Part shown: positions 10,213-19,051 of the stretch, in pieces
How the letters are laid out: each line of letters begins with the position of its first letter
Numbering within the stretch: the stretch's first letter is position 1
Source: a virus
Lineage: Duplodnaviria; Caudoviricetes
DNA: 64,000 nucleotides
Reading direction: 5' to 3' (one strand)
Virus record (IMG/VR): IMGVR_UViG_3300021957_000014
Span: 22,213 to 86,212 of that record
Position numbers and translations under genes: made by a program
The notes under the pieces: model-generated
The model's database searches: none
Seen by the model: only the letters and a program-made list of their open reading frames with translations
What the model was told of the DNA's origin: nothing

Positions 10213-10913
10213 TACCTGCCCGTTGGGGTTCATCTAGATTTGAGGGTAAACCCCTTGCATTAATCTGTGGTGAATCTATGATTAAGAGAACCTATGACCG
10301 TGCATCGATGTCGAAGAAACTAGACAAGGTCTACGTGGTTACGGATGATAACAGAATCGAATACCATTGTGAGATATTTAACATCCCTTGTATAAGAGTT
10401 GATGATGATTGTGCAACTGGTACAGATAGATGTGCAATTGCATCTAAACAAATAGACGCAGATATTTATGTCAACATACAAGGTGATGAACCCTTGATTG
10501 ACCCCGAAGCAATTGATAGACTATGTGATTACTTTAACCCCACACTTGGTGTTGCAAATGCATATGTGATAATCAAAGAGCCGTATAAGGTAATGGACAA
10601 CGATGTGGTAAAGGTTGTGTTCGATTCACATCATTGTGCAATGTATTACTCACGTCTTGGTATACCTTTCCCACGAGGTGAGGATGCAAAGGTAAATCAA
10701 CAACTTGGTTTGTATGCATTCAGTAAAGAACGTCTACAAGAATTCTCAACATTACCTATGCAGACTTTAGAGAGAGCTGAAAGTGTTGAGATGTTAAGGT
10801 TCCTAGAACATGGGTATAAGGTTCTAATGGTTCATGTAGATGATGATGGTCTATCAGTAGACACCCCCAAAGATATTAAACTAGTAGAAGAGAGAATTAA
10901 TGGATATAACTGA
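10173..10913 (+). CDS. kdsB: 3-deoxy-manno-octulosonate cytidylyltransferase (CMP-KDO synthetase) family
   Basis: IPARWGSSRFEGKPL, TGTDR, VNIQGDEP, VKVV, YYSR, LERAESVEMLRFLEHG, SVDTPKD. Confidence 0.92.
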   Translation: MLLEQSKFNRVGLIPARWGSSRFEGKPLALICGESMIKRTYDRASMSKKLDKVYVVTDDNRIEYHCEIFNIPCIRVDDDCATGTDRCAIASKQIDADIYVNIQGDEPLIDPEAIDRLCDYFNPTLGVANAYVIIKEPYKVMDNDVVKVVFDSHHCAMYYSRLGIPFPRGEDAKVNQQLGLYAFSKERLQEFSTLPMQTLERAESVEMLRFLEHGYKVLMVHVDDDGLSVDTPKDIKLVEERINGYN

Positions 10914-11616
10914 GGATAAATTACAGAGTGCTTTTGAAGAGAAGTCTAAAACATCTATCCCTAAGTTTGCAACCCTAGGTGAATGTAAGCAATGGCACCC
11001 ATATCATCCTAAGATGTTTGCAAAGAATTTGCTGGAAACTATACATCATAAAGATGTTGCAATCAATAGAACAGATGAAGATAGTAGAAGAAACGAATCA
11101 CAGAAATTAGTGTGGTTAATCGACCAATACAAATCAGTGGGATTTTACTCTACACCCCAAGCTTGGATTAAACCTAATGGTAGGTGGAGAGTACATCCAG
11201 GCTCCGTTCGTGTAAATGCTATGATACAATGTAAAGCTTATGAATCAAAATTCGTCATTTGGGATGACTCAAATTATCTTCCCGACAATAAACAAGTTAC
11301 ATATCAAGAATGGTTAGACCAGTTCCCCATACCCGAAGGTAGGACTGCAAGGTTTTTTGATGTTGAGGGTATGATTGAATTCCACATATCTGAAGACCGT
11401 CCTACAATGTATGAATACTATCTAGACCTTAGAAAATTATATGATGGTAAACGTCCTAAACTGATAGGAACCTGTGATGATAGTATTAAAGATTTATTCG
11501 GAAGTGGCCCAGTGACCGTTCGTGGTCACATCACTGAAGATGAGTTAGGTTCCTTCCTAGAACTAAATCCAAATAACAGAAAAGTTACTGAAACTAATTT
11601 TACTATTGTAGGCTAA
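10900..11616 (+). CDS. Hypothetical protein (possible ParB/sulfiredoxin-like core)
   Basis: Translationally coupled to kdsB. The W.VHPG..R motif resembles the ParB/Srx G.HR site. Confidence 0.4.
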   Translation: MDITEDKLQSAFEEKSKTSIPKFATLGECKQWHPYHPKMFAKNLLETIHHKDVAINRTDEDSRRNESQKLVWLIDQYKSVGFYSTPQAWIKPNGRWRVHPGSVRVNAMIQCKAYESKFVIWDDSNYLPDNKQVTYQEWLDQFPIPEGRTARFFDVEGMIEFHISEDRPTMYEYYLDLRKLYDGKRPKLIGTCDDSIKDLFGSGPVTVRGHITEDELGSFLELNPNNRKVTETNFTIVG

Positions 11617-11620
11617 AATG

Positions 11621-11628
11621 CATAAATA
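11621..11628 (+). promoter_or_regulatory. Late promoter CATAAATA upstream of gp2
   Basis: One mismatch to TATAAATA, 5 nt before ATG 11634. Confidence 0.7.
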
Positions 11629-11633
11629 GTTCT

Positions 11634-12206
11634 ATGGTATCTAAAGTATTATCAACTGTAGCAAAAATGTTACCCGAAGAAATAGAATCGGGAACCGAAG
11701 ATAGTCTGCAATGGTTTAGACAAAACGTCCGTGATTTAAAAATCAAACCAATAAAGATTATGAAAGGATTAGACACAGTCACTAATACTGGACTGAGACA
11801 AGGTGGAGTATACATGTTCCATTATGATGCAAAGTGGAAAGACACATTGCCGTATTGGGATAAGTATCCAATTGTCGTACCATTAGAATTATACAACAAT
11901 GGATTTTTGGGAATCAATATCCATTACATCTCACCTACAATGAGAGTACCTTTGTTAAGTAAGTTATTTGAATTTACTATGGAAGGTGAGGATGATGATA
12001 GAATGCTTGTAGACTATGACTTGACCCAAATAGAAAGTGGTCTAAGAAATGCCGGGCCGTGTATCAAAAGATATTTAACATCTCATATCGGTGCAAGAAT
12101 TGTTAAGGTACCAAGAGAACAATGGGAAACATTAATGATGATGCCAACAGCACAATTTAATGTAAACGCAAACACTGTATATGCAGACAGTAGAAGGAAA
12201 ATTTAA
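11634..12206 (+). CDS. gp2: DNA end protector protein gp2
   Basis: SLQWF, YMFHYDAKWKDTLPYWDKYP, GFLGINIHY, PCIKRYL..H. Confidence 0.92.
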   Translation: MVSKVLSTVAKMLPEEIESGTEDSLQWFRQNVRDLKIKPIKIMKGLDTVTNTGLRQGGVYMFHYDAKWKDTLPYWDKYPIVVPLELYNNGFLGINIHYISPTMRVPLLSKLFEFTMEGEDDDRMLVDYDLTQIESGLRNAGPCIKRYLTSHIGARIVKVPREQWETLMMMPTAQFNVNANTVYADSRRKI

Positions 12207-12991
12207 TGAGTATAACAATAGACACATTTAAAGCAAACTTTGATACAGGTGCAAGAGCAAACCTATTCGATGTTCATCTTATGTCACCATCAAGCCTAGG
12301 GTGGCAATTCTCAGAAGGTGATATGCTTAGATGTAGGTCAATAACTATGGAAGGTTCATCTGTAGGAACCAATACAAGAGACCAATACAATTCGGGATAT
12401 GAAATCCCCGATGGAACTGTAGACCAAGGTGGGTTTGTTGAGATATCATTTCTCTGCGACCAATCATTCCATGACCGTGCATTAATAGAAGCATGGCATC
12501 AATGGATTTACCAAGGAACAGATGCCAATTCCAGAGCTGGGTCAGCACAGATACCAGTAATGAAATACTTAGATAGTTTTATCGGTACAATGGAAGTGTA
12601 TGCATTGAGAAAGGATGAGACAAAGTCAATGAAATATACGTATTATGATGTGTACCCTTCATCATTTGATGCAATGGATTTTGGTGCAGACGAAGAAGGA
12701 ATCTTAGAAATTACTGCAACATTCCAGTATAGGAACTGGACAACCGAATACCTAGTAGAAGAGAGAAAACCAAACAGAAGCTATCAAGAAGAGTATGATA
12801 AGTTACAAACTAAAAGGGAAAAATTGCCTCCGTTGAAAACTATAAATAGAGGTGGACAAGTTTTAGATGGAACGCTTTCAGCATTAAAAGTTGGTGGACG
12901 TTTCAATAAAAAGACTGACGGATACTTTAAGAAGTTAAGTCAAGTCGATTCAGCTGCAAACAGATTTAGAAATATATTTGGTGGCGGTTAA
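12206..12991 (+). CDS. gp54: Tail tube initiator gp54 / gp19-fold protein
   Basis: GARANLFDV, W..WI and Y.YYDVYP..F......F.YR.W tail-tube fold motifs. Lies between gp2 and gp26. Confidence 0.7.
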   Translation: MSITIDTFKANFDTGARANLFDVHLMSPSSLGWQFSEGDMLRCRSITMEGSSVGTNTRDQYNSGYEIPDGTVDQGGFVEISFLCDQSFHDRALIEAWHQWIYQGTDANSRAGSAQIPVMKYLDSFIGTMEVYALRKDETKSMKYTYYDVYPSSFDAMDFGADEEGILEITATFQYRNWTTEYLVEERKPNRSYQEEYDKLQTKREKLPPLKTINRGGQVLDGTLSALKVGGRFNKKTDGYFKKLSQVDSAANRFRNIFGGG

Positions 12992-13010
12992 TTACAATAT
13001 GGAGTAAATT

Positions 13011-13718
13011 ATGGGATTACCAATCCAATCAGCACCCACCTATACGTGTGTGCTACCAAGTAACGGAACTGAAGTAAAGTTTAGACCGTTTCTTGTAAAA
13101 GAACAAAAGGTATTGATACTTGCACGTGAGAGTGAAGACACTGTACAGTCATTAAGAGCTGTAAAGGATTTAATACATGCAGTGACTTATGAAAAGGTAA
13201 ATGCAGATGAACTTGCAATGATAGATTTAGAATATCTATTCTTAAAGGTTCGTTCTGTATCGATAGGTGAAACGATAGAACTATCGTTAACATGTAGAGA
13301 CCAAGAATGTAATGGGACTGAGAAAGTTTTAATTAACTTGGATGAGATTGAAGCAAGCGGGGAACAACCTACAACCAATACAGTCATGATAAATGATACT
13401 GTTGGTATTGAAGTAAGAACACCGTTAGTTAAAGACATCAAGTTAACTAATCAGAATCAAGCCGATGCAGATGTTGGTTTAGATGTAGTTAAAAATTCTA
13501 TCACATCTATTTTTGATGAAGAGCAAGTTTATGATAAGAGTGATATGAGTAAATCTGATTTAGATGACTTCATTGATTCTCTAACTTATAAGCAGTTGGA
13601 GTTATTAGGAGACTGGTTTGATGACCTACCTAAACTTTCTCATACTGCAGAATGGAAATGTAATGTTTGTGAAAGAGAAAACAAAAGAGTATTAGAAGGT
13701 ATAAACTCTTTTTTTTAA
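13011..13718 (+). CDS. gp26: Baseplate hub assembly protein gp26
   Basis: LP....PTY...LPS....KFRPFLVKEQK.L, DLEYLFLK.RS.S.GE, Zn-like CxxxxC and CxxC, terminal LEG..SFF. Confidence 0.92.
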   Translation: MGLPIQSAPTYTCVLPSNGTEVKFRPFLVKEQKVLILARESEDTVQSLRAVKDLIHAVTYEKVNADELAMIDLEYLFLKVRSVSIGETIELSLTCRDQECNGTEKVLINLDEIEASGEQPTTNTVMINDTVGIEVRTPLVKDIKLTNQNQADADVGLDVVKNSITSIFDEEQVYDKSDMSKSDLDDFIDSLTYKQLELLGDWFDDLPKLSHTAEWKCNVCERENKRVLEGINSFF

Positions 13719-13897
13719 TGGCTCTTTCTCATGAGGGATTAGTAAACTATTACAATACTAATTTCCAAATGATGCAACATCACAAATATTCATTGAGTGA
13801 GTTAGAAGACATGATGCCATGGGAAAGAGAGATTTACATTAAGCTCCTTTTGAACCACCTTGAAGAGGAGGCCGAAAGGAATAAACAAAACAGATAA
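13718..13897 (+). CDS. gp51: Baseplate hub assembly catalyst gp51 (59 aa)
   Basis: Below the ORF-track cut-off. Translation MALSHEGLVNYYNTNFQMMQHHKYSLSELEDMMPWEREIYIKLLLNHLEEEAERNKQNR. ATG overlaps the gp26 TAA. Confidence 0.9.
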   Translation: MALSHEGLVNYYNTNFQMMQHHKYSLSELEDMMPWEREIYIKLLLNHLEEEAERNKQNR

Positions 13898-13914
13898 TAT
13901 TAGAGGACACACTA

Positions 13915-14295
13915 ATGAGCGAAATAGATAAATTCTCGGGGGACATGAGTCGTAACGAGGTTGAAATTGACTTGAAGAAGTTCATGGCAATGGTAACAGA
14001 GATTGGCGAACTTAAACAAGAAATTTTTGAATTAACAAACGAAGATAGAAAGAACCCTTGGCAGAAATGGATATTTGCAGCCAAGACAATTGATGCATGG
14101 AGAATTATACCTCGTGCATTCCTAGGTATTTACATGTACCTACTTTATTATGCAACATTTTGGTTCATGGACTTAGCAGACCCAACACTAGAACAGTCGG
14201 GATTGATTTCCGTACTAGTCGGTGCTGGAGCAGCTTGGTTTGGACTATACACTTCAAGTGCAGCGAAAGAACACGGTGACACAAACCCCAATTAG
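13915..14295 (+). CDS. Small two-TM membrane protein (holin-like candidate)
   Basis: SD GAGGA. IDAWRIIPR followed by two hydrophobic helices ending GAAWFGLY. Confidence 0.5.
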   Translation: MSEIDKFSGDMSRNEVEIDLKKFMAMVTEIGELKQEIFELTNEDRKNPWQKWIFAAKTIDAWRIIPRAFLGIYMYLLYYATFWFMDLADPTLEQSGLISVLVGAGAAWFGLYTSSAAKEHGDTNPN

Positions 14296-14305
14296 GATAT
14301 AACCA

Positions 14306-16714
14306 ATGGCAGGAAGAGACAAAGGAATTACTGAAGCAGAAAAAGACCAGCAACGCAAATTAGAAACATTAAATACCAACTTGGAGAAAGCTTCGGGTAA
14401 ACTTAATGGTACTTTTGCTAATCTTGTAGCTAATGTTGCTGAAACGAATAGAGAGTATGCTCTTGAGCTTGCAGAAAAGCGTCTAGAGACTCGTGCTACA
14501 TTCTCGGGATTTCTTGCAAGAAGTAAACTTGCTGCACACACTAGAGAGTTTCTGGCAGATAATGCTGACTCAGAGAAGGAAAGAGCAGAATTAAAAGCAA
14601 AACTTCTAAATGACGAGAAACTTGAAATTAATCGTAACAAATCACTAAATGCAATGAAAGACAAAGTGTTTAGTAAGCAGTTCTCTATTGATAACAATAT
14701 CACTATGGGTATTGAAGACCGTCTTAAGAAACAAACAGAGATTGACGCGATACAGCAAGAGGTTGATGCAAAGGAATCTGAAATTAAGAAGTTCCGTGCG
14801 AAACAATTTGCAAAAATTAGTAAAGAAGAAGAACAAGCACAGGAAGATTATACAAAGATGCTTAATGAGGCTTCTAAAAGTGAGGACTTTGATAAGTTTT
14901 CGGGTTCAGTAAAGAACCTTACAGGTGGTCTTCTAGATATCGGTGGTATGCTTGATGACGTTGTTAAGTTCGGTGAAGATTTACAAAATGTTGCCAAAGG
15001 GATTCAGAGTGCATTTGGAAAGATTTCCGAGCTCAGTAATAAACTTGGTAACTTTATTGGTGACAGTCTTAAAAGCTTTGCAAGTGAGATAGGCAATTTC
15101 TTCAAAGCTGGATATGCGAAACTTGAAGACCTACCAATAGTTGGTGGTGCTTTCACCAAATTGAAAGATATAGTCATGAGTCTCATAGGTTCTATTGGTG
15201 CTTTATGGTTAACCATGAAAACTAAGATGAAAGATTTAGTGAGTGGTATTAAAACTAAAGTTAAAGATGGTACATCTAAAGTCGGTGAGAAGTTCAAATC
15301 TGCAAAGGAAAGTATTACTAGTAAAGTCGGAGAGAAGTTCCAACCTGTTAAAGATGTGTTCTCTGAGAAAGCAAAACTCTTTCAAGGTAAGATGTCTGAC
15401 TTAGGTAACACTATGAAGAACGGTGCAAAGACTATGGGTGGTAAAGGACTCAAAGCAATTAAGATGGCACCTAAGATGTTAATGAAAGGTGCAACAAGGT
15501 TTGTATCTCTACTTGCACGAATCCCAGCAATGTTAGCTGCAATCCCAGCATTACTTGCATCACCGTTTGTATTAATCGGTGCAGCGGTTCTACTTCTTGC
15601 AATTGGTTTAGTTCTCGTATGGATGAAGTTCAAAGACCAAATCATGGAAAAATTTGAAATGATGAAGACTAAGGTGACGGAAGTAGTTACCAACATTGTA
15701 GATGGTTTCCTAGATGTCTGGCAAAGAGTAAAGAACTGGTTCTCTGATAAGGTGTTCGGTATTAGAAGTTTCTTAGGTCTAACCTCTGAGGAAGAAGAAG
15801 CAGAACATGCTAAACAAGAGGTAATCAAAGAAAAAGAAAAAGAAAAGGAAAGACTTAAAGAAGAACAAAAAGAAATCGCCATGCAGGCAAAAGAAGCTGA
15901 AATCGATGCACAGTTAAAAGCAGAGTTTGGTGAAGACGCTCTCAACTGGGGCTGGGGTAGAGGTGACTCTGATGCAAAAGATATGAAGAAACAGATGATG
16001 GAACAAGCAGAAGCTGACATTGACCAAGACATGGCAATGGATGATATCTCCTCTAAGGATTTACTTAAAGAAAGGAATCAATCTGAAGATGATTATGATA
16101 ATGTTCAAAATGTCATAGATGCAAGACAAAAAGAAGTTGAGAATAAGGTTAAATTTAGTAACTTAAAAATCAATGGTGAGGATGCAACCGAAGAACAGAA
16201 GAGAGAGTACTTTCAAGAACAAGCAGACAAGGGACAGTTAGATGGTCGACTGGGCGGTGGACTAGAAAGATTCGAAGGAACAAAAGGAGTAACCACTCAA
16301 GAGCTTCGTGAAGAACAAGCAGCCGAAGTCTTAGATATTAATAGAGCTCAGAAAGAACTCGATACAAGAGAAGACTACATCCCAATGAACAGGGGTGACA
16401 ATGCCACAATAGCGAGAAGAAATGAACTCCAAGGAATACAATCAGATGATGAGGTCTTTGGTGATGGTGAAGGTCTTACAGAAAAAGAGAAGATGGAACT
16501 GACTCGTTTAGAGAGAGACCAAGGTGATAGGATTAAAGACTCAGCAGACCGTGCTAAAGAAATGGGGCCCAAGAGACCCGACCCTAGTATTAATACATCT
16601 GTTGCACAACAAAACACTAATAACAATGTAACTAACAATACGATATCTGCATCACCTAATCCTAGACCCACAGATAGAACTATTAATAGAACTGCTACTG
16701 TAAATCAGAATTAG
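14306..16714 (+). CDS. Tape measure / gp29-like baseplate hub protein
   Basis: 802 aa of helical coiled coil with a central hydrophobic stretch (IPALLASPFVLIGAAVLLLAIGLVLVW), a repeated TSKVGEKF and an Asn/Thr-rich tail. Follows gp26-gp51. Confidence 0.7.
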   Translation: MAGRDKGITEAEKDQQRKLETLNTNLEKASGKLNGTFANLVANVAETNREYALELAEKRLETRATFSGFLARSKLAAHTREFLADNADSEKERAELKAKLLNDEKLEINRNKSLNAMKDKVFSKQFSIDNNITMGIEDRLKKQTEIDAIQQEVDAKESEIKKFRAKQFAKISKEEEQAQEDYTKMLNEASKSEDFDKFSGSVKNLTGGLLDIGGMLDDVVKFGEDLQNVAKGIQSAFGKISELSNKLGNFIGDSLKSFASEIGNFFKAGYAKLEDLPIVGGAFTKLKDIVMSLIGSIGALWLTMKTKMKDLVSGIKTKVKDGTSKVGEKFKSAKESITSKVGEKFQPVKDVFSEKAKLFQGKMSDLGNTMKNGAKTMGGKGLKAIKMAPKMLMKGATRFVSLLARIPAMLAAIPALLASPFVLIGAAVLLLAIGLVLVWMKFKDQIMEKFEMMKTKVTEVVTNIVDGFLDVWQRVKNWFSDKVFGIRSFLGLTSEEEEAEHAKQEVIKEKEKEKERLKEEQKEIAMQAKEAEIDAQLKAEFGEDALNWGWGRGDSDAKDMKKQMMEQAEADIDQDMAMDDISSKDLLKERNQSEDDYDNVQNVIDARQKEVENKVKFSNLKINGEDATEEQKREYFQEQADKGQLDGRLGGGLERFEGTKGVTTQELREEQAAEVLDINRAQKELDTREDYIPMNRGDNATIARRNELQGIQSDDEVFGDGEGLTEKEKMELTRLERDQGDRIKDSADRAKEMGPKRPDPSINTSVAQQNTNNNVTNNTISASPNPRPTDRTINRTATVNQN

Positions 16715-16932
16715 ATTAAGTCTGGGCCTCTAAGGATATCTGCTTTAGATACCTTTCGATTGTATTTGGTTTTGTCTTTTTGGACTTGAGTAAGTCCATG
16801 TGATGGTGTAGTCTTTCTAACCTTTATTTCAGTTTTCTTCTTACCAAAGATTGCTTCCCAATTATCTGAGTATGCTTTCTCGTTAGAATTTCTACGTTTA
16901 GAACCTTTTCCGCCATGCCATTGTTCTGCCAT
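16711..16932 (-). CDS. Small basic hypothetical protein (WHGGKGS.RR family)
   Basis: GGKGSKRR...Y.DNWEAIF motif. Follows bS21. Confidence 0.6.
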   Translation of the reverse strand: MAEQWHGGKGSKRRNSNEKAYSDNWEAIFGKKKTEIKVRKTTPSHGLTQVQKDKTKYNRKVSKADILRGPDLI

Positions 16933-16936
16933 AATC

Positions 16937-17182
16937 TCAACCTAACGGCCCTCTGAATCCACGTCTACCCATTGATGCTCTCTTAGCATCTAACTTCTTA
17001 CGTCTTTTTAGTTGTTGGTTCTTTTCGTTTTTGATAGTGTTAGGTTTGATATGATACTTCCTATCCCTACACTCTTGAACTATATTTGCCCTTTCACATT
17101 CCTTTTTGAATCTGCGAAGTAGTTGGTCGAACCCTTCTACGTTCCGATTCTTTGGATTTATTTTTGGTGTTACACTTGGCAT
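16937..17182 (-). CDS. rpsU: Ribosomal protein bS21
   Basis: MPSV...EGFDQLLRRFKKECERANIVQECRDRKYHIKP followed by a basic tail matches the S21 signature. Confidence 0.9.
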   Translation of the reverse strand: MPSVTPKINPKNRNVEGFDQLLRRFKKECERANIVQECRDRKYHIKPNTIKNEKNQQLKRRKKLDAKRASMGRRGFRGPLG

Positions 17183-17197
17183 AATTGTTCTCTTAAA

Positions 17198-17362
17198 AAG
17201 TGTGATTTCGCCCCGCGCCTTACAGCAACCCGCTCTTCACCGACCAACCCGCTATATGCTGTTAGTCTTTCCCTTACTGAGTACCCCCAATTTTTTTCCA
17301 CGGTCTCAGTGATGCAGTCGTCTTTTTTCAAGGACACATTTTGAATATACACGACTGCCCCA
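17198..17362 (-). ncRNA. Putative structured RNA or leader between gp32 and rpsU
   Basis: GC-rich non-coding island with three consecutive stems: 17314-21/17351-58 (8 bp), 17276-81/17305-10 and 17222-27/17257-62. TATAAT lies immediately upstream. Confidence 0.5.
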
Positions 17363-17380
17363 TTATAAGAAACTTAACTA

Positions 17381-18280
17381 CTAACTATCAGCAGCCAGTT
17401 TCTTAAAGTAGTCCATCGCATCATCTTCCGTATCAATCGGAGTAGATTCAGCTGATGCAACTACAGGTTCATCAGCAACTGACTCTTTGTTTACATCTGC
17501 CCAAGGAACTTCTTCCATGTCATTTGCAACTGATTCAGCTGTTGAGTTAGTTACTGCACCTGTTAATCCAAGAACTCTATCGAGTTTCTCTTTTAACTCT
17601 TCGTAAGATTTAAACTCACTTGGTGCAATAATTCCACTTAAGCTATGTAGGTTGTTTACCACATCTACAAGCTTTTGCTCATCATCAAATAAAGGTGCTT
17701 GTGTATCAAATTCAGATTTGTCATAGTTCCAGTAACCATCTACCTTTCTAATTTTAATCTTAAAGTTTGCACCTTCTTCTCTGAGGTCAAAAGGATTGAT
17801 TGCTTTCTCATCTTCAAATGCTGGTGAGATTGCTTCCTTGAGTGCTTCAAAGATTTTTTTACCGTAACGATATTTGAATACTTTACCTTCGTTAGCAGGA
17901 TTTTTAGGGTCTGAGATAACAAGGATGTTAGACACATAATGTAAACGTCTTTTCTGTTTACGTGCTTGGTCTTTGTTTGCCTCAACACCAGTATTCCATA
18001 ACTGAGTATTGTATTCAGACACAGGGTCTTGTTTATTGACAGTCGTTAAAGACTTCTCAATATACCATCCGCCTGGGCCTTGGAAACCGTGGTCGAAATA
18101 AGATACCCATGGCATCTCTTCTCCCTCGGGGGTGGGTAAAAAACGAACTACAGCGTAACCGTTACCACTCTTATCGAGTTCGGGTTTCCACATAGTATCG
18201 TCTGAGTAGGATTTTTTTTCTCCGCCTGTTGGGGAAGCTGTTTCCATTGCAGCTCTTAGTTTATCTAAACTACTTGACAT
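17381..18280 (-). CDS. gp32: Single-stranded DNA-binding protein gp32
   Basis: WKPELDKSGNGYAVVRFLP, HGFQGPGGWYIE, YGKKIF, NYDKSEF and an acidic tail DDAMDYFKKLA. Confidence 0.97.
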   Translation of the reverse strand: MSSSLDKLRAAMETASPTGGEKKSYSDDTMWKPELDKSGNGYAVVRFLPTPEGEEMPWVSYFDHGFQGPGGWYIEKSLTTVNKQDPVSEYNTQLWNTGVEANKDQARKQKRRLHYVSNILVISDPKNPANEGKVFKYRYGKKIFEALKEAISPAFEDEKAINPFDLREEGANFKIKIRKVDGYWNYDKSEFDTQAPLFDDEQKLVDVVNNLHSLSGIIAPSEFKSYEELKEKLDRVLGLTGAVTNSTAESVANDMEEVPWADVNKESVADEPVVASAESTPIDTEDDAMDYFKKLAADS

Positions 18281-18330
18281 TGTATTCTCCTATTGTATTA
18301 CAATTGTATTTGCATTTTATCGCATTATAT
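18279..18330 (-). promoter_or_regulatory. Candidate gp32 translational operator (3x AATACAAT around the SD)
   Basis: ATTGTATT on the + strand at 18279, 18292 and 18303. AU-rich unstructured leader flanking AGGAG. Confidence 0.5.
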
Positions 18331-18378
18331 CAAGATACTCGTAAGTATCCATTCTTCACTACTTTCATAGTATAATTC

Positions 18379-18407
18379 ATTATAGTCTACTTTCATGAAA
18401 CCGTCAA
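18379..18407 (-). promoter_or_regulatory. Sigma70-type promoter for gp32
   Basis: TTGACG-N17-TATAAT. Confidence 0.7.
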
Positions 18408-18457
18408 TAGGCTTTTTCAATAGACTGTAATGTATTATTTAGGTAAAGCTAAAACTC

Positions 18458-19051
18458 TTATGTAGAACATATTTCTAGAAGTTTTGCTTTGTATTTCTTT
18501 TGGTCGTATGTTACAAACGACTTGTATTTGTTAATTCTAATGTGTAAGTCGGGATAGACTACCTTCTCTGAGATAAGTCTTTCCCAATCTTTAGTGAAAC
18601 CAATTATCTCATCCATGATGCAAATGGTTTCTAAACTTACATCCTTACTCATGTAAGCTTTCAGTAGTCTAGGGTGTTGACCATCTACTACCTTAAGTTG
18701 TGTTTGAATCTTGAACTTTCGTATCAAGTCATTCACCTCTGTTTCAAACATATAACCAAGCTTCTGATTTCTCTTCTTCCATTCCTTATATCTCTTATCA
18801 CATTCTTTGTCTAGAAGGTCACCCGCCCAGAAATCTTTGTAAGATAGATTTGCAATGTAGAAGTCTTGTAGTTCTTGTTTATATGTTCTGAACAACTTAC
18901 CAAAATGGTATTTGTCTTTACGTTTAAGAAAGGATTTGATATCCGACTTTACTTTTCCGTTGTACTTGACGAAATCATAATCCTTAGAGTGGAAGTGAAG
19001 TTTTATACCTAAGTATAAAGTGTACGCATCATATCCTTCTCTAGAAGTCAT
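18458..19051 (-). CDS. gp59: Helicase loader gp59
   Basis: Y..YLGIKLHF....YDFVKYNGK.K....SF.KRKDKY.F.KL and VSLET. Confidence 0.93.
   Translation of the reverse strand: MTSREGYDAYTLYLGIKLHFHSKDYDFVKYNGKVKSDIKSFLKRKDKYHFGKLFRTYKQELQDFYIANLSYKDFWAGDLLDKECDKRYKEWKKRNQKLGYMFETEVNDLIRKFKIQTQLKVVDGQHPRLLKAYMSKDVSLETICIMDEIIGFTKDWERLISEKVVYPDLHIRINKYKSFVTYDQKKYKAKLLEICST

Noticed and set aside
15270-15345. Duplicated TSKVGEKF coding segment
   Set aside because: An ordinary internal repeat of a tape-measure-like protein.
17170-17352. 60-aa ORF across the gp32-rpsU spacer
   Set aside because: GTG start without an SD, atypical codon use and overlap with the rpsU start. The stems are better explained as RNA structure.
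17198-17362. Possible tmRNA, RNase P RNA or 6S RNA (starts GGGGC, contains GGAAAG)
   Set aside because: No T-arm or CCA end and no tag reading frame, too short for RNase P RNA, and not a single long hairpin.
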